Positions 35,646 to 45,352 of a stretch of DNA of 64,000 nucleotides are shown here, in pieces; the first letter of the stretch is position 1, and every line of letters starts with the position of its first letter. A program made the translations under genes and the position numbers. This DNA is from a virus (taxonomy: Duplodnaviria; Caudoviricetes), in IMG/VR virus record IMGVR_UViG_3300047539_000055. One strand, given 5' to 3'. The notes beneath the pieces are model-generated. The model was given only the letters and a program-made list of their open reading frames with translations. It did not search any database and was not told the DNA's origin.

Positions 35646-36134
35646 TTATTTATCGTCGCTATATGAAAAATCCTCGTCAATCGTGCCAACCTTGAATTTG
35701 ACAAATTCAATTTCAAAATCAGGAACTTCTTTGGGCACTTCGCCTCTATACCTGAGAGCCAATGTAATATGTGGAACATACTCTGGATAATCAGATACCG
35801 CACCAAGTTTGATGGTTTTATCAAATAATTTTTGCGCTCTCGGTGCAGTCAAGACAAGCACAAGCATTTTATCATCACCAAAAACTTTCCACTCTTTACA
35901 AGTTGCCTTGATCGGCAACGCAACAGGAATATCTGCCACTGCTGGAACAGATTTTGTTGAATATACTATTGTACAATGATAATCCTCAACATCAACCAGA
36001 CGAGCAATACTCTGTTCTTCCATCCATTTATATAATTTTTCTCTACATTCTTTTGTTGGCAATAAAGCCGCATAAGTTCCATGGTCTTTTGTTTTAGCCA
36101 CTTCTTCTACTAAAAATTCACTGAATAATTTCAT
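35646..36134 (-). CDS. acb1: 2H phosphoesterase, T4 gp57B/Acb1 (anti-CBASS nuclease)-like
   Basis: GTYAAL, YHCTIVYS and YVPHITL (two HxT motifs). Confidence 0.8.
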   Translation of the reverse strand: MKLFSEFLVEEVAKTKDHGTYAALLPTKECREKLYKWMEEQSIARLVDVEDYHCTIVYSTKSVPAVADIPVALPIKATCKEWKVFGDDKMLVLVLTAPRAQKLFDKTIKLGAVSDYPEYVPHITLALRYRGEVPKEVPDFEIEFVKFKVGTIDEDFSYSDDK

Positions 36135-36541
36135 CTCAAAAATCCTTTTGCAAACTGAATAAGATCATTGTTCAAAAACATCAACATCATTGCATACTCT
36201 TCATCTGGAATGCAAAAAGTAAAATGTTCATCAAAATTGCCAAGTTTACTACTACTTTCAATAAAATATGGACACGGCATACGACTCAATCCCAAAAGTA
36301 ACGCCCCGTTCCAAGCTGGAACACTACATTCATATTTATGAAACACTATTCCGGCTTTGGTAAACCAATTATATCCCATCTCAGTGAGTCTCATACCACT
36401 TACAGTATTGACAGGAGATACCCACCACATCACTTTCATATCCTTATCTGTAAATTCCTTCACATCCGTATTTTCAAAGAAATCAATAATCTTTTCCTTG
36501 ATCTTTTGCTCCCACTCGGATTTAGACAGTCTTTCGGCCAT
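36131..36541 (-). CDS. Hypothetical protein
   Basis: WW..P....GMRLT..G, CPYFI. Confidence 0.7.
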   Translation of the reverse strand: MAERLSKSEWEQKIKEKIIDFFENTDVKEFTDKDMKVMWWVSPVNTVSGMRLTEMGYNWFTKAGIVFHKYECSVPAWNGALLLGLSRMPCPYFIESSSKLGNFDEHFTFCIPDEEYAMMLMFLNNDLIQFAKGFLR

Positions 36542-37526
36542 GATTTGGATACGCAGCGCTCAGTAATTGCGAAAATGTGTTGGCTTGATCACTAAGCCTT
36601 GTTAGCTCGTATTTACCACAGAATTTCAAAAAATATAACCCAATCTGTGGTCTATTCAATGGCACACAAGATTTATCAATGGTTTCAAAAATTGCTGTTT
36701 TGATTCTATCAGGTTGGGCTGTCAAATCCACAAGTATTTTGTTTCTTTGATAATCATCAAATACCTTATGCTCTGTACCTTGTGGGTCAGTCCAATGATG
36801 ATGCATCACTGAACTCCAATCAAATCCTTGTTTATGGCGATCTTCAAATGCGTCTTCCAATCCAAGTTTCTTTTTAGTTCCCTTTTCACGAATACCAGGA
36901 TATGCACTGAAAATATTATCTGAAGAACAACCACGCATACATTTTTCAAACACACTCCATTCTGGATTTGGAGCAGCCTTCATCAACCCTGTACGCTTTT
37001 CAATTACTGGTTTTCCCTTGTAATCAAAAACGCCAGCCATAGTAGTTGTAGTATCTGCAATTCCATTGTAAATGACAACATTAGGTGCCATCAATTGTTC
37101 AAAATCTCCATCACGGCTAACAATCACATGCTCATCAAATGGATGCGATTGTATGAAACCAGCAATCAAATCATCAGCCTCAAGAATGCTGTCTTCAAGA
37201 ACAGTACAATTGGTTCTGGTTTTGATAAAATCTTGAAAGATATCAAACGCTTCAAAAAATAGTTTTCCTTCGGCAACTTGGGCAGGTGTTTCTTTGGCTC
37301 GTTTTGCAGAGCGATTGGCCTTATATGGTTTGTATTCATCTTTTCTCCAAGAATGGCCATCAAAAGCAAACACAATATGATTTGTTTTTTGAGTTCTCCA
37401 AGATTTGCTCAGACTGGTAAACAAAATATGCAACGCCATACCAATCTTTTCATCGGCAGTTCCGCGAACCGCATATCTGGCCCTGTAGAAAAGATGTGAC
37501 GCATCAACTATTAAAAATTTGTTCAT
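36522..37526 (-). CDS. rnh: RNase H / 5'-3' flap exonuclease
   Basis: LIVD, SWRK...YKANR, EADDLIA, S.DGDF.QL, SDNI. Confidence 0.9.
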   Translation of the reverse strand: MNKFLIVDASHLFYRARYAVRGTADEKIGMALHILFTSLSKSWRTQKTNHIVFAFDGHSWRKDEYKPYKANRSAKRAKETPAQVAEGKLFFEAFDIFQDFIKTRTNCTVLEDSILEADDLIAGFIQSHPFDEHVIVSRDGDFEQLMAPNVVIYNGIADTTTTMAGVFDYKGKPVIEKRTGLMKAAPNPEWSVFEKCMRGCSSDNIFSAYPGIREKGTKKKLGLEDAFEDRHKQGFDWSSVMHHHWTDPQGTEHKVFDDYQRNKILVDLTAQPDRIKTAIFETIDKSCVPLNRPQIGLYFLKFCGKYELTRLSDQANTFSQLLSAAYPNHGRKTV

Positions 37527-37537
37527 ACCTAATTATA

Positions 37538-37945
37538 TCATGATAGAACGGGAGAGTCAAGTTTCAAATATCTTGATATAGAAACCAAATATTCATTTAT
37601 TTGGTGAGTGATTCTGGATAGATGAACAATTTCTTTTGTTTGCATTATAATAAAATCTTCTCGTAATCGAGAATCAATATAAACCGAATCTCCCAATTGT
37701 TCAGTGACAGCAATTTGATAACTTTCCAGCAAAACTAAATCCAATTTGGTTTGACGAACTTCTTCAATTCTGTTTTCAGTAAATTCTCTGGCGGCTGCAA
37801 GACACTTCTCTTTATTGCCTTCCACAGTGAATTGTTCCAGCCCAAAATTTACCGCCCATTTTTCTGGGCCGCGATAACTTGATCCATACAATTGATAGCA
37901 AGTGACAAGTTGCCACTTATTGCGAAGATATTCTTCATCGTTCAT
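37538..37945 (-). CDS. Hypothetical protein
   Basis: Packed operon ORF. Confidence 0.6.
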   Translation of the reverse strand: MNDEEYLRNKWQLVTCYQLYGSSYRGPEKWAVNFGLEQFTVEGNKEKCLAAAREFTENRIEEVRQTKLDLVLLESYQIAVTEQLGDSVYIDSRLREDFIIMQTKEIVHLSRITHQINEYLVSISRYLKLDSPVLS

Positions 37946-38247
37946 TATGGTTTCTTGATGCCCCTACTCTTTATTCCACTTTTGCTGGTTCTCAATATTT
38001 TCAGTTCATCATTCGCAGCAATAATAGTTTTCAAATCATTCAAAACACTATTCTCTATTTTATATGCCGCACTAGCCCAAAGCAATGGTTCATCCAAATC
38101 ACTAAGAAGTGAATCCTGAACTGCTGTAAGTCTTCCTATAACTCGTGTCTTCAATCTATCCAAACTTACTGTTCCTGCACCACCCAAAATCAATACATCT
38201 GGATTATTTGGGTCTTCTGTATTCAAATTAAATAATACACCCATCAC
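37945..38247 (-). CDS. Hypothetical protein
   Basis: GGAG RBS; DPNNPDVLI.G. Confidence 0.65.
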   Translation of the reverse strand: MMGVLFNLNTEDPNNPDVLILGGAGTVSLDRLKTRVIGRLTAVQDSLLSDLDEPLLWASAAYKIENSVLNDLKTIIAANDELKILRTSKSGIKSRGIKKP

Positions 38248-38252
38248 ATCTC

Positions 38253-38654
38253 CTATGACATCTCCGAAAAATCATCAGTAATTTGCTTACGTTGAATTCG
38301 TTTTCTTTTTTCTGGATCAGCAATTTCCTGCTCATAAGTTCCAGCAACAACATTTTCACAAATTCTATTGAACCATTGATCAACGATTGCTTGATCATCG
38401 CGACCAGAATATCCAGCCTTCACTAAACGGGCAACAAAAATAGGATTCCAATCAAGTTCAAATGCACCATTGGCAAGATCGGATGGATCAACATCCATAC
38501 GCAAAATACCAACCCACGGTTCGCCTCTAGCAGTAAATTCTTCCTTTTCTGCTTGTAGTTCATTTGGAATTTTCTTTTTATTGAACTGCGCCTTCCACTT
38601 TTCTTCTTCTTTTGCTGTCTTCCAAGCATTGATAAAATTTTTCCAAAATCCCAT
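38253..38654 (-). CDS. Hypothetical protein
   Basis: EPWV......G.FELDWN..FV..L..AGY.G..D..IVDQWF. Confidence 0.75.
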   Translation of the reverse strand: MGFWKNFINAWKTAKEEEKWKAQFNKKKIPNELQAEKEEFTARGEPWVGILRMDVDPSDLANGAFELDWNPIFVARLVKAGYSGRDDQAIVDQWFNRICENVVAGTYEQEIADPEKRKRIQRKQITDDFSEMS

Positions 38655-38725
38655 GATTACCTCTCTAACATTGCTAACACATTCTTATTTACATAGTCAC
38701 CGATTTTTGGTTCTGAGGTCATTTA

Positions 38726-39460
38726 TTACACAGATGCCAGAATAGTGTATTGATGAACTGCCTGACCAGTAGTAACTGTAATCTGCATAGCACCAGCGTC
38801 AGTAATTTCCAATACCTTATCACCCGTCAATCCAAGAATTCCTTGAATGTGAACCAACGGCCATTCACGAGGATTTTTCAACGCACCAGCTACATCGCTA
38901 TGAAAAACAAATTCTCCACTATGTGTGCTGTAATCACCAAGAGAAAAAATAAGATTTCGATTTTCTACTTTTGCAGAAAATGTACTTGTTGCTGATCCTG
39001 CGGCTTGCGCTTGATACTTCAATCGTTGGATTGCAGCGGTAGTTGGTTGAATTGAAATATTCCACTTAATATCTTTTCTTGGTCTATCAGGAAGTTGCAT
39101 TTCAACAACATCACGACTCATAAAACGATATTCGTTTTTGAAATCCTTCTTGGCGTTTGAAAAAGCAATACCTGTTGGCATACTTGTTCCATTTACATCC
39201 AAGGTAGTTACCGTGATGGAAGCACCTTCCTTATATTCAGGAATATTCAAAATAGTATTCAATTTACCAAGGTCATGCAAACCAAAAACACCTTCCAATT
39301 CCTTCACCGGTTGAACAAAAGTTGAATTTAGTACAACAGTCTTATCAGCGGCCATTGCATTCAATTCAGTTGTTTCATCTGTACCTGTTACCTTGACAAG
39401 TTCCAAAAATCCCAAGGCGTGAGTGTATCCAATTATTTCTTTTAATGCATCTAAAATCAT
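38726..39460 (-). CDS. gp45: Sliding clamp (gp45-like)
   Basis: Size, beta-rich pattern, FG..DL.KL..IL, YRFM; next to the polymerase. Confidence 0.7.
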   Translation of the reverse strand: MILDALKEIIGYTHALGFLELVKVTGTDETTELNAMAADKTVVLNSTFVQPVKELEGVFGLHDLGKLNTILNIPEYKEGASITVTTLDVNGTSMPTGIAFSNAKKDFKNEYRFMSRDVVEMQLPDRPRKDIKWNISIQPTTAAIQRLKYQAQAAGSATSTFSAKVENRNLIFSLGDYSTHSGEFVFHSDVAGALKNPREWPLVHIQGILGLTGDKVLEITDAGAMQITVTTGQAVHQYTILASV

Positions 39461-39590
39461 AATAATATCCTTTTACTACAAATATATTATCACAAACATC
39501 TACAAAAAGCAAGAAAAATATACTAAATACAAATGCGATTCGCGGTGCAGAAAACACCCAATCGCTCTATCGCCATCCGAGGCAACAGCT

Positions 39591-40337
39591 ATGCGTATTT
39601 ACACCAACAAAACATTCATTCAAAAAGCCAATACCATTCATAATTACATATGGTCATACGAAAACATAGAGTATAAAGGCATTCATATTAAACTTTGTAT
39701 TACTTGTAAAATACACGGTTACTTTTGGCAACAACCAAATGCCCATCTACGAGGCCAAGGTTGTCCAATTTGTGGTCACCAAAAGAAAAGTATTAGTAAA
39801 ACAAATAATACAATGTCATTTATAGCTGCCGCGAAGCTAGTACATAAAGAACAATATCAATATAAAAACACTATATACATTCATAACAAAAAGAAAATTA
39901 AAATCACTTGTAATATACACGGCGATTTTAATCAAACTCCTAATTCACATTTAAGTGGTCAAGGTTGCCCAAAATGTTCATTATCAAAAAATGAGATAAG
40001 AATTCGCGAAATTTTGGAAAGCTTACCTTGTAAATATCAAACACAATATAAAATTTCAACTTGTTGTGATAAACGACCACTTCCATTTGATTTTGCTATA
40101 TTTAATAATTTAACTCTAATTGGATTGATTGAATTTCAAGGAAAACAACATTATGTTCCGTGTTCTTTTGGCAGTAAACACAAATCAGCAATTGAACTTT
40201 TTAATGAATGTAAACTGCGAGATATTATCAAAAAAGAATATTGCATCAAGACCAATATACCATTATTAGAAATTCCCTATTGGGAAAAATCAAATATACC
40301 CAAGTTAATCAAAAAATTTATTCAGTATACAAAATAA
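39591..40337 (+). CDS. Putative homing endonuclease (CxxHGxF repeats plus Vsr-like domain)
   Basis: CKIHGYF.QQP..HL.GQGCP; LPFDFAI...LIEFQGKQH. Confidence 0.8.
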   Translation: MRIYTNKTFIQKANTIHNYIWSYENIEYKGIHIKLCITCKIHGYFWQQPNAHLRGQGCPICGHQKKSISKTNNTMSFIAAAKLVHKEQYQYKNTIYIHNKKKIKITCNIHGDFNQTPNSHLSGQGCPKCSLSKNEIRIREILESLPCKYQTQYKISTCCDKRPLPFDFAIFNNLTLIGLIEFQGKQHYVPCSFGSKHKSAIELFNECKLRDIIKKEYCIKTNIPLLEIPYWEKSNIPKLIKKFIQYTK

Positions 40338-40345
40338 TATATCAA

Positions 40346-40564
40346 TCATGTTTTGTATCCTTTGCTTAAAAAATATAGAGTCAAATCTTCTTCAGAAATT
40401 CTTACATATTGACGGGGAGCTACTGAGTATTCTACGGTACGACCTAATTCAACCACTTGCATTTTTGCCAATTCATCAACTGCTGTCACCTTATAAAGAC
40501 AGTATCCCGATCCACCAAAAACATAATCTCCGACATTTATTTGATTTCCTAAATAATCCTGCAT
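40346..40564 (-). CDS. Small SH3/KOW-like paralog-family protein
   Basis: DYLGNQINVGDYV...ISEEDLTLYFL. Confidence 0.6.
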   Translation of the reverse strand: MQDYLGNQINVGDYVFGGSGYCLYKVTAVDELAKMQVVELGRTVEYSVAPRQYVRISEEDLTLYFLSKGYKT

Positions 40565-40611
40565 ATTTCTATACTATCACAGTAATATGATAATGTAAAT
40601 AAATTTTATGG

Positions 40612-41112
40612 TTACTTGCCCCAACCATAAGCTACTCCAATAATTGGTTGATATCCAGACCCACCTGACACTGATGATTTTACAAATCGTACTGTTGGAA
40701 CGAGATATGAACCAGCCTTCAAATGAACTGTTACTGCTACTCCACCAGTCCATTGCCATCCAGTATTTGCTCCAGACCAACTTATACCAGCAGCAGTTGG
40801 CATAAATATATTCACTTTTCCAACTGAAAACATTTTTTGTGCAAGACCCATCCCGATATTACTAGTCACCGAAAATGGTTTTATTGTATTTGGCAAAACA
40901 TCAATTACAGCAAAAGTATATGTTCCTGGACTAACAATATAATGAGCATACATAGCTGTACCTGCAATACTTGGCTGTCCATTTATATTATATGAAACTC
41001 CCGCTGCATATAAATTGATTATTGGAGGCGTAGGTGGAGTTGGAGTTTGTGCCATAACAGTGTTACAGAACATGACACATAAAATGAGTGCAAAAACAAT
41101 TTTTAATTTCAT
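40612..41112 (-). CDS. Secreted or outer-membrane beta-rich protein
   Basis: Signal peptide ...VMA|Q, amphipathic strands, C-terminal GVAYGW. Confidence 0.6.
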   Translation of the reverse strand: MKLKIVFALILCVMFCNTVMAQTPTPPTPPIINLYAAGVSYNINGQPSIAGTAMYAHYIVSPGTYTFAVIDVLPNTIKPFSVTSNIGMGLAQKMFSVGKVNIFMPTAAGISWSGANTGWQWTGGVAVTVHLKAGSYLVPTVRFVKSSVSGGSGYQPIIGVAYGWGK

Positions 41113-41124
41113 AAAATATCCTTT

Positions 41125-43785
41125 TTAGACCTCTGCGAAGAAGTCATCAAATGTGTTTACCTTTCGTGTTGAACTTGAAATGGATTTCCAATTTTTTAGC
41201 TTACCAAATAGATTTTCAATCTTCTTGTCTACAACAGCCGCCATCATACTTTCGTTGTCAAATGGCAAACTCTTAAACCAGTTTGGAAGATAAATTTCAT
41301 CAATTGGATATGCTATAGAAGTCATATTCATTGTGTTGGCTTTGAGTGGACAGATAACGCACTTCATACCGTCCACTATACGAGTATGAACTTTATCGTG
41401 ATTGATTTCACGAAGAACATTCCAATTAATTGCCGCCCGAACATGACCTGGTACACGATTGCCTTTACCCTTGGCAATCATCTCTGTATAATTTGTAATC
41501 TTGTTTACTCGCTTAGGAGTGCCTTGCTCTGGCAACGGCAACTCACTAAATGTTTTCTTGAAATCATTGATCATAGTGACAATGGTTTTTTCTGTGCCAT
41601 TCGTCAGTAATTCCATCAAAATTGATTTGAGAAATTTCTGACATACAACTGGAGTGTCGGCTCGTCTTAAATCCAAACCCATTGCCTTGAGTTTTGGTTC
41701 CTTGAGATACTTTACATCATCTTTCCAATAATTTAGAATTGCATATCTTTTCTTAGTAATGTATAACGCTTTCGTTCCAACACTTTCACATGAACCACGA
41801 ATCAGACTGCCAAAATTTTCTGGGCAGTTGAAATTCTTTTTCATAAATTCTGGAAATGATTCATTGACTTTATCACCAATTGCAGTATACAATGCCACAG
41901 CCGTTTCCTTATTCCATTCGGTTTCTTTGGCTTCAACAAGTGGTTTCATCATCGGCCAAGCAGAAAATTGACTTGAATCTGTATCAATGGCAATAATAGC
42001 ATCACCTTCAATTTCATACTTTCCTGTAATACACTCATTGACAGATGAATTCATATGCTTACAAATAAGTTTCCCAGTCAACGTAATGGATTGTCCAACT
42101 CTTTTATCGTTGAATCTTGAGGCTGGGTTCGTCAGCGCTCCGTATCCAGAATTTTGCAAAATCTTTTGAACTTGCTGTCTCTGATCGTAAAACTTTCTCA
42201 GTTCTACATCAGTTGTTTCACCAAGTTTTTTCTGATATTCTTTTCTAACTCTATACCATTCTGCAAATACACTTGGAACCAACGCATCACGACCATAAGT
42301 AAAAATTGTGCCATTACCACTTATCATCCATGGTTGACCACTTTCAAAAATCAATTCATAGCATTGACTTGCTGTAAGTGTGTCGCTCTTACCAGAAGTT
42401 TCCCAATCAATAACTAAATCAATACCTTCGCGACGATCCATTACTGCCTGATATTCAATGGAACCAAACACACCTTCCCAAGCTTGAGCAAAAGTATTTC
42501 CACTGGCTATCTTTTCAGAAATAAATTGATCTGTCAATTCTGGACGTAATTGACCAACGATTGTTTCCACTCCCATATTCAAAGCACGAAGAGAACTTGG
42601 ATACAGGCCGTTGATATCAATTACTCCAACCCAATCATGAATACCAGCTTTTGGTTGAGCAACGTGGGCACCAGCGATTCCATCTTCAGAATCCGCACCA
42701 TAATTCTTGCTTTTATTTGGAACGATCAAACCTAAATCATGCGCTCTATTGATTACTGCTTGATCAAATACCGCAACTGTGCCGAGACAATTGGGCAACA
42801 GAGTGGTTGTATTATGAGCGATTTCATTCATCAAAGAGAGAAGTTTGAGTTTGTCTTCCAACAAATGTAAAAGCGTTACATCTTGTCTGCTATACTCCAA
42901 AAACTTTTCAAAATCTTCATTGTATAATTTGTCTAAACTTCCGGCGTAAGGTGTTTTACTTTGCTTCAATTCATATTCCGCAATTGAATTCAAAGCATAA
43001 CTATGTCGTTCTTCATATGTAAATTTTCTATAAGCATCCATCAAATCAATATGAGTGCGCCCAATTAGTTCATAAGTTTTGAAAACTTTTCCATACTTTT
43101 CAACTTCTTTTTCTTTTGGCTTCTCACCCCATAAGCAAAGTTTACGAGTGTCATCTTTACTCATAATACGAGCGATACGATTTACCAAATATGGAATATC
43201 AAATCCTTCGCTGTTCCATCCAGAAACAACATCAACATCTTCAAGTAAATCCAAGGTTGTGCTAATCAATTCCACTTCGTTATCAAATACCATCGTATTT
43301 TCAAACTTTGCGGCTATTGTATTTGCTTTCTCCATAGTAAGCGTGTGGGGGCGCAGAGACAGAGTGATCAATTCTTGTGTCCATTGATGATAAATTGTAA
43401 TTGCAGTAATTGATGAAAATGGATCGTCAATGGGAGCGTAGCCTTTATCAGTATTGAAATCAACTTCAATATCAAAAAATGCTATATGTAATTCAGGCGG
43501 TTCTTGGTGACGATAATACTGTGCCAAACATTTGAAAACAGGATTCAAATCTGATTCCCATATTCGTTTGTTGTTGACACTGTTTAGCTCTTTATGAAAC
43601 TCGGCTGTTGATCTTGGTTCAATTTTAGAGACAGGAGTATTATAGATTGAATAGTATTTTCCATTCGCATCATCAATGTAAAATGAGTGATCAATGGGAA
43701 AACTGTTATATACCCTTTTACCATTTACTCTTTCAACTACATCAATTTTTTCGGTTTTTTTATTACTCCGCGCAGAAGTGTACAT
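41125..43785 (-). CDS. gp43: Family B DNA polymerase (gp43-like)
   Basis: Exo FDIE and GWNSEGFDIPY; pol DINGLYPS, KILQNSGYG, DTDS, KKRY. Confidence 0.96.
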   Translation of the reverse strand: MYTSARSNKKTEKIDVVERVNGKRVYNSFPIDHSFYIDDANGKYYSIYNTPVSKIEPRSTAEFHKELNSVNNKRIWESDLNPVFKCLAQYYRHQEPPELHIAFFDIEVDFNTDKGYAPIDDPFSSITAITIYHQWTQELITLSLRPHTLTMEKANTIAAKFENTMVFDNEVELISTTLDLLEDVDVVSGWNSEGFDIPYLVNRIARIMSKDDTRKLCLWGEKPKEKEVEKYGKVFKTYELIGRTHIDLMDAYRKFTYEERHSYALNSIAEYELKQSKTPYAGSLDKLYNEDFEKFLEYSRQDVTLLHLLEDKLKLLSLMNEIAHNTTTLLPNCLGTVAVFDQAVINRAHDLGLIVPNKSKNYGADSEDGIAGAHVAQPKAGIHDWVGVIDINGLYPSSLRALNMGVETIVGQLRPELTDQFISEKIASGNTFAQAWEGVFGSIEYQAVMDRREGIDLVIDWETSGKSDTLTASQCYELIFESGQPWMISGNGTIFTYGRDALVPSVFAEWYRVRKEYQKKLGETTDVELRKFYDQRQQVQKILQNSGYGALTNPASRFNDKRVGQSITLTGKLICKHMNSSVNECITGKYEIEGDAIIAIDTDSSQFSAWPMMKPLVEAKETEWNKETAVALYTAIGDKVNESFPEFMKKNFNCPENFGSLIRGSCESVGTKALYITKKRYAILNYWKDDVKYLKEPKLKAMGLDLRRADTPVVCQKFLKSILMELLTNGTEKTIVTMINDFKKTFSELPLPEQGTPKRVNKITNYTEMIAKGKGNRVPGHVRAAINWNVLREINHDKVHTRIVDGMKCVICPLKANTMNMTSIAYPIDEIYLPNWFKSLPFDNESMMAAVVDKKIENLFGKLKNWKSISSSTRKVNTFDDFFAEV

Positions 43786-43947
43786 CTATATCCTATGATA
43801 TCCTAATCAAACCAATCCAATTCACAATGCTACTTGCATTGTAAATGATTCCCAGTGCTATTTTACAAAATAAATATCCACACAAAGCACCGATGGGTGC
43901 AGCAATACCAAGATAACCAATTAGATTATCTTTGATTGGTGGGAAAA

Positions 43948-44208
43948 TCACTTACGTCCAACAGCTTTTAGAATCTGTTCCAAATCACCCAATTCTGATT
44001 CGAGTTCAGAAAAATTTCCTTTGGCTGCGGTATTGATTGCTTTTTTGAGTAGACCTGCGGGGATTTGAAGTTCCTCTGAAATAGCTTTCACCGTATCGTT
44101 CATTCCTTCGGTCAGTGAAGTAATTTCTTCTTTGGTTTTTACACCATCATAAATCAAATCTTTTAGTCTGGTAATTTCGGCTGGTCCTAATTTAGTTTGT
44201 AGTGCCAT
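43948..44208 (-). CDS. dsDNA-binding protein (T4 DsbA-like)
   Basis: LK.LI..G......I..L.E...D.VK.I.EEL.I....L.KAI pattern. Confidence 0.65.
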   Translation of the reverse strand: MALQTKLGPAEITRLKDLIYDGVKTKEEITSLTEGMNDTVKAISEELQIPAGLLKKAINTAAKGNFSELESELGDLEQILKAVGRK

Positions 44209-44230
44209 AATATATTTCTCCTCAATTCTT

Positions 44231-44259
44231 AGTTTACTATTTTATTTTTCAATTGTCAA
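44231..44259 (-). promoter_or_regulatory. Sigma70-type promoter
   Basis: TTGACA, 17-nt spacer, TAAACT. Confidence 0.6.
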
Positions 44260-44277
44260 TCATTAAAATTTCTCTAA

Positions 44278-44838
44278 TCAAATTATTTCTTTTATTGGTT
44301 GCTTATACGGTCTTCGTTTCATATATTCTATTGCATTAATACTTGCTTCTTCGGGAAATTTATCAAGTGATGCGAGCAATATATTGTGATCGTAACATAT
44401 CTCTCCCCGATAATTATTTGGATTAATTTTCTGTCCATCATGATAGTGATCTGAGTTAAGGCTATTTGATTGAATCAAGCAATTAGGAAATTGACAAATC
44501 TTTATTGATCCTATTTCTTTGAGTTGATTTATTGTAAAACTTCCTTTTAGAAAATGTCTAGTTGAAAACCCACATTCCTTACACTTAGATTTTATTCTTC
44601 TATGTTCACACATCTGAGAACCACCGCATTCTTTACAATAACTTTTTATTCTTTTATGTTCACATATAGATTTACCGCCGCATTCCTTACAATAATTTTT
44701 TTGTCTTCCGTGTTCACATATCTGAGAACCACCACACTCTTTACAACTGGATTTTCGTCTTCCATGTTCACATATCTGAGAACCACCGCATTCTTTACAT
44801 TGGGATTTTAGTCTTTCATGTTTACATTTTTTATTCAT
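44278..44838 (-). CDS. Endonuclease VII-like nuclease with tandem CEH-R-K-CKECGG repeats
   Basis: Five 17-aa repeats; DHYHDG...RG.IC..HN. Confidence 0.7.
   Translation of the reverse strand: MNKKCKHERLKSQCKECGGSQICEHGRRKSSCKECGGSQICEHGRQKNYCKECGGKSICEHKRIKSYCKECGGSQMCEHRRIKSKCKECGFSTRHFLKGSFTINQLKEIGSIKICQFPNCLIQSNSLNSDHYHDGQKINPNNYRGEICYDHNILLASLDKFPEEASINAIEYMKRRPYKQPIKEII
44570..44826. repeat. 51-bp tandem repeat (~5 copies)
   Basis: Recurring TGTTCACATATCTGAGAACCACC...CTTTACA. Confidence 0.85.
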
Positions 44839-44924
44839 ATAATACCTCATAAAATAATTTGGGCTACCCGCTCCGTTAGGAAGTAAGGTAGCCCTTTTCT
44901 AATTTACGGCAATTACAATTAATT

Positions 44925-45272
44925 TCAATAGTAACGAAGCCAATTTGATGCCTTATACTCTGCACCAAGACCAACCAAAATCCGATTATAAATTTCCTTC
45001 TTTTCCATCTGATGGTCATAATCACGATCACCGAGATGAAAATTGTTCCACTGATTCATCTGAGCATTTGTAATAATATCGTCACGCAAACTCTCAGTAG
45101 AGTAATAATTAATGAATCCGTAGCGATTATAGTGTGCAATAAAACCACACGACAAATAAAGGAAATGGTAGCCAATGTTATTCAGCTTGTTAATGTCTGT
45201 TACAGCGGCGAGAACATTGTTGACGATTAGAGTCTTTTGTCTCTCAGTCAATAGCGTATACGGCTTATTCAT
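44925..45272 (-). CDS. Hypothetical early protein
   Basis: Y.FLYL..GFIAHYN..GF motif. Confidence 0.7.
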   Translation of the reverse strand: MNKPYTLLTERQKTLIVNNVLAAVTDINKLNNIGYHFLYLSCGFIAHYNRYGFINYYSTESLRDDIITNAQMNQWNNFHLGDRDYDHQMEKKEIYNRILVGLGAEYKASNWLRYY

Positions 45273-45301
45273 TCGTTTACCCTTTCTCTGACTACAAGAT
45301 A

Positions 45302-45330
45302 AGTATATCACTTTGGTTGGCAAAAGTCAA
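45302..45330 (-). promoter_or_regulatory. Sigma70-type promoter
   Basis: TTGACT, 17-nt spacer, TATACT with TG extension. Confidence 0.75.
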
Positions 45331-45352
45331 GAACTTTCTAAGTCCTTTATTT

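Noticed and set aside
41125-43785. Intein or intron in the DNA polymerase
   Set aside because: Ordinary length and contiguous motifs
44570-44826. CRISPR-like periodic repeat
   Set aside because: In-frame 51-bp coding repeat with no unique spacers and no cas genes
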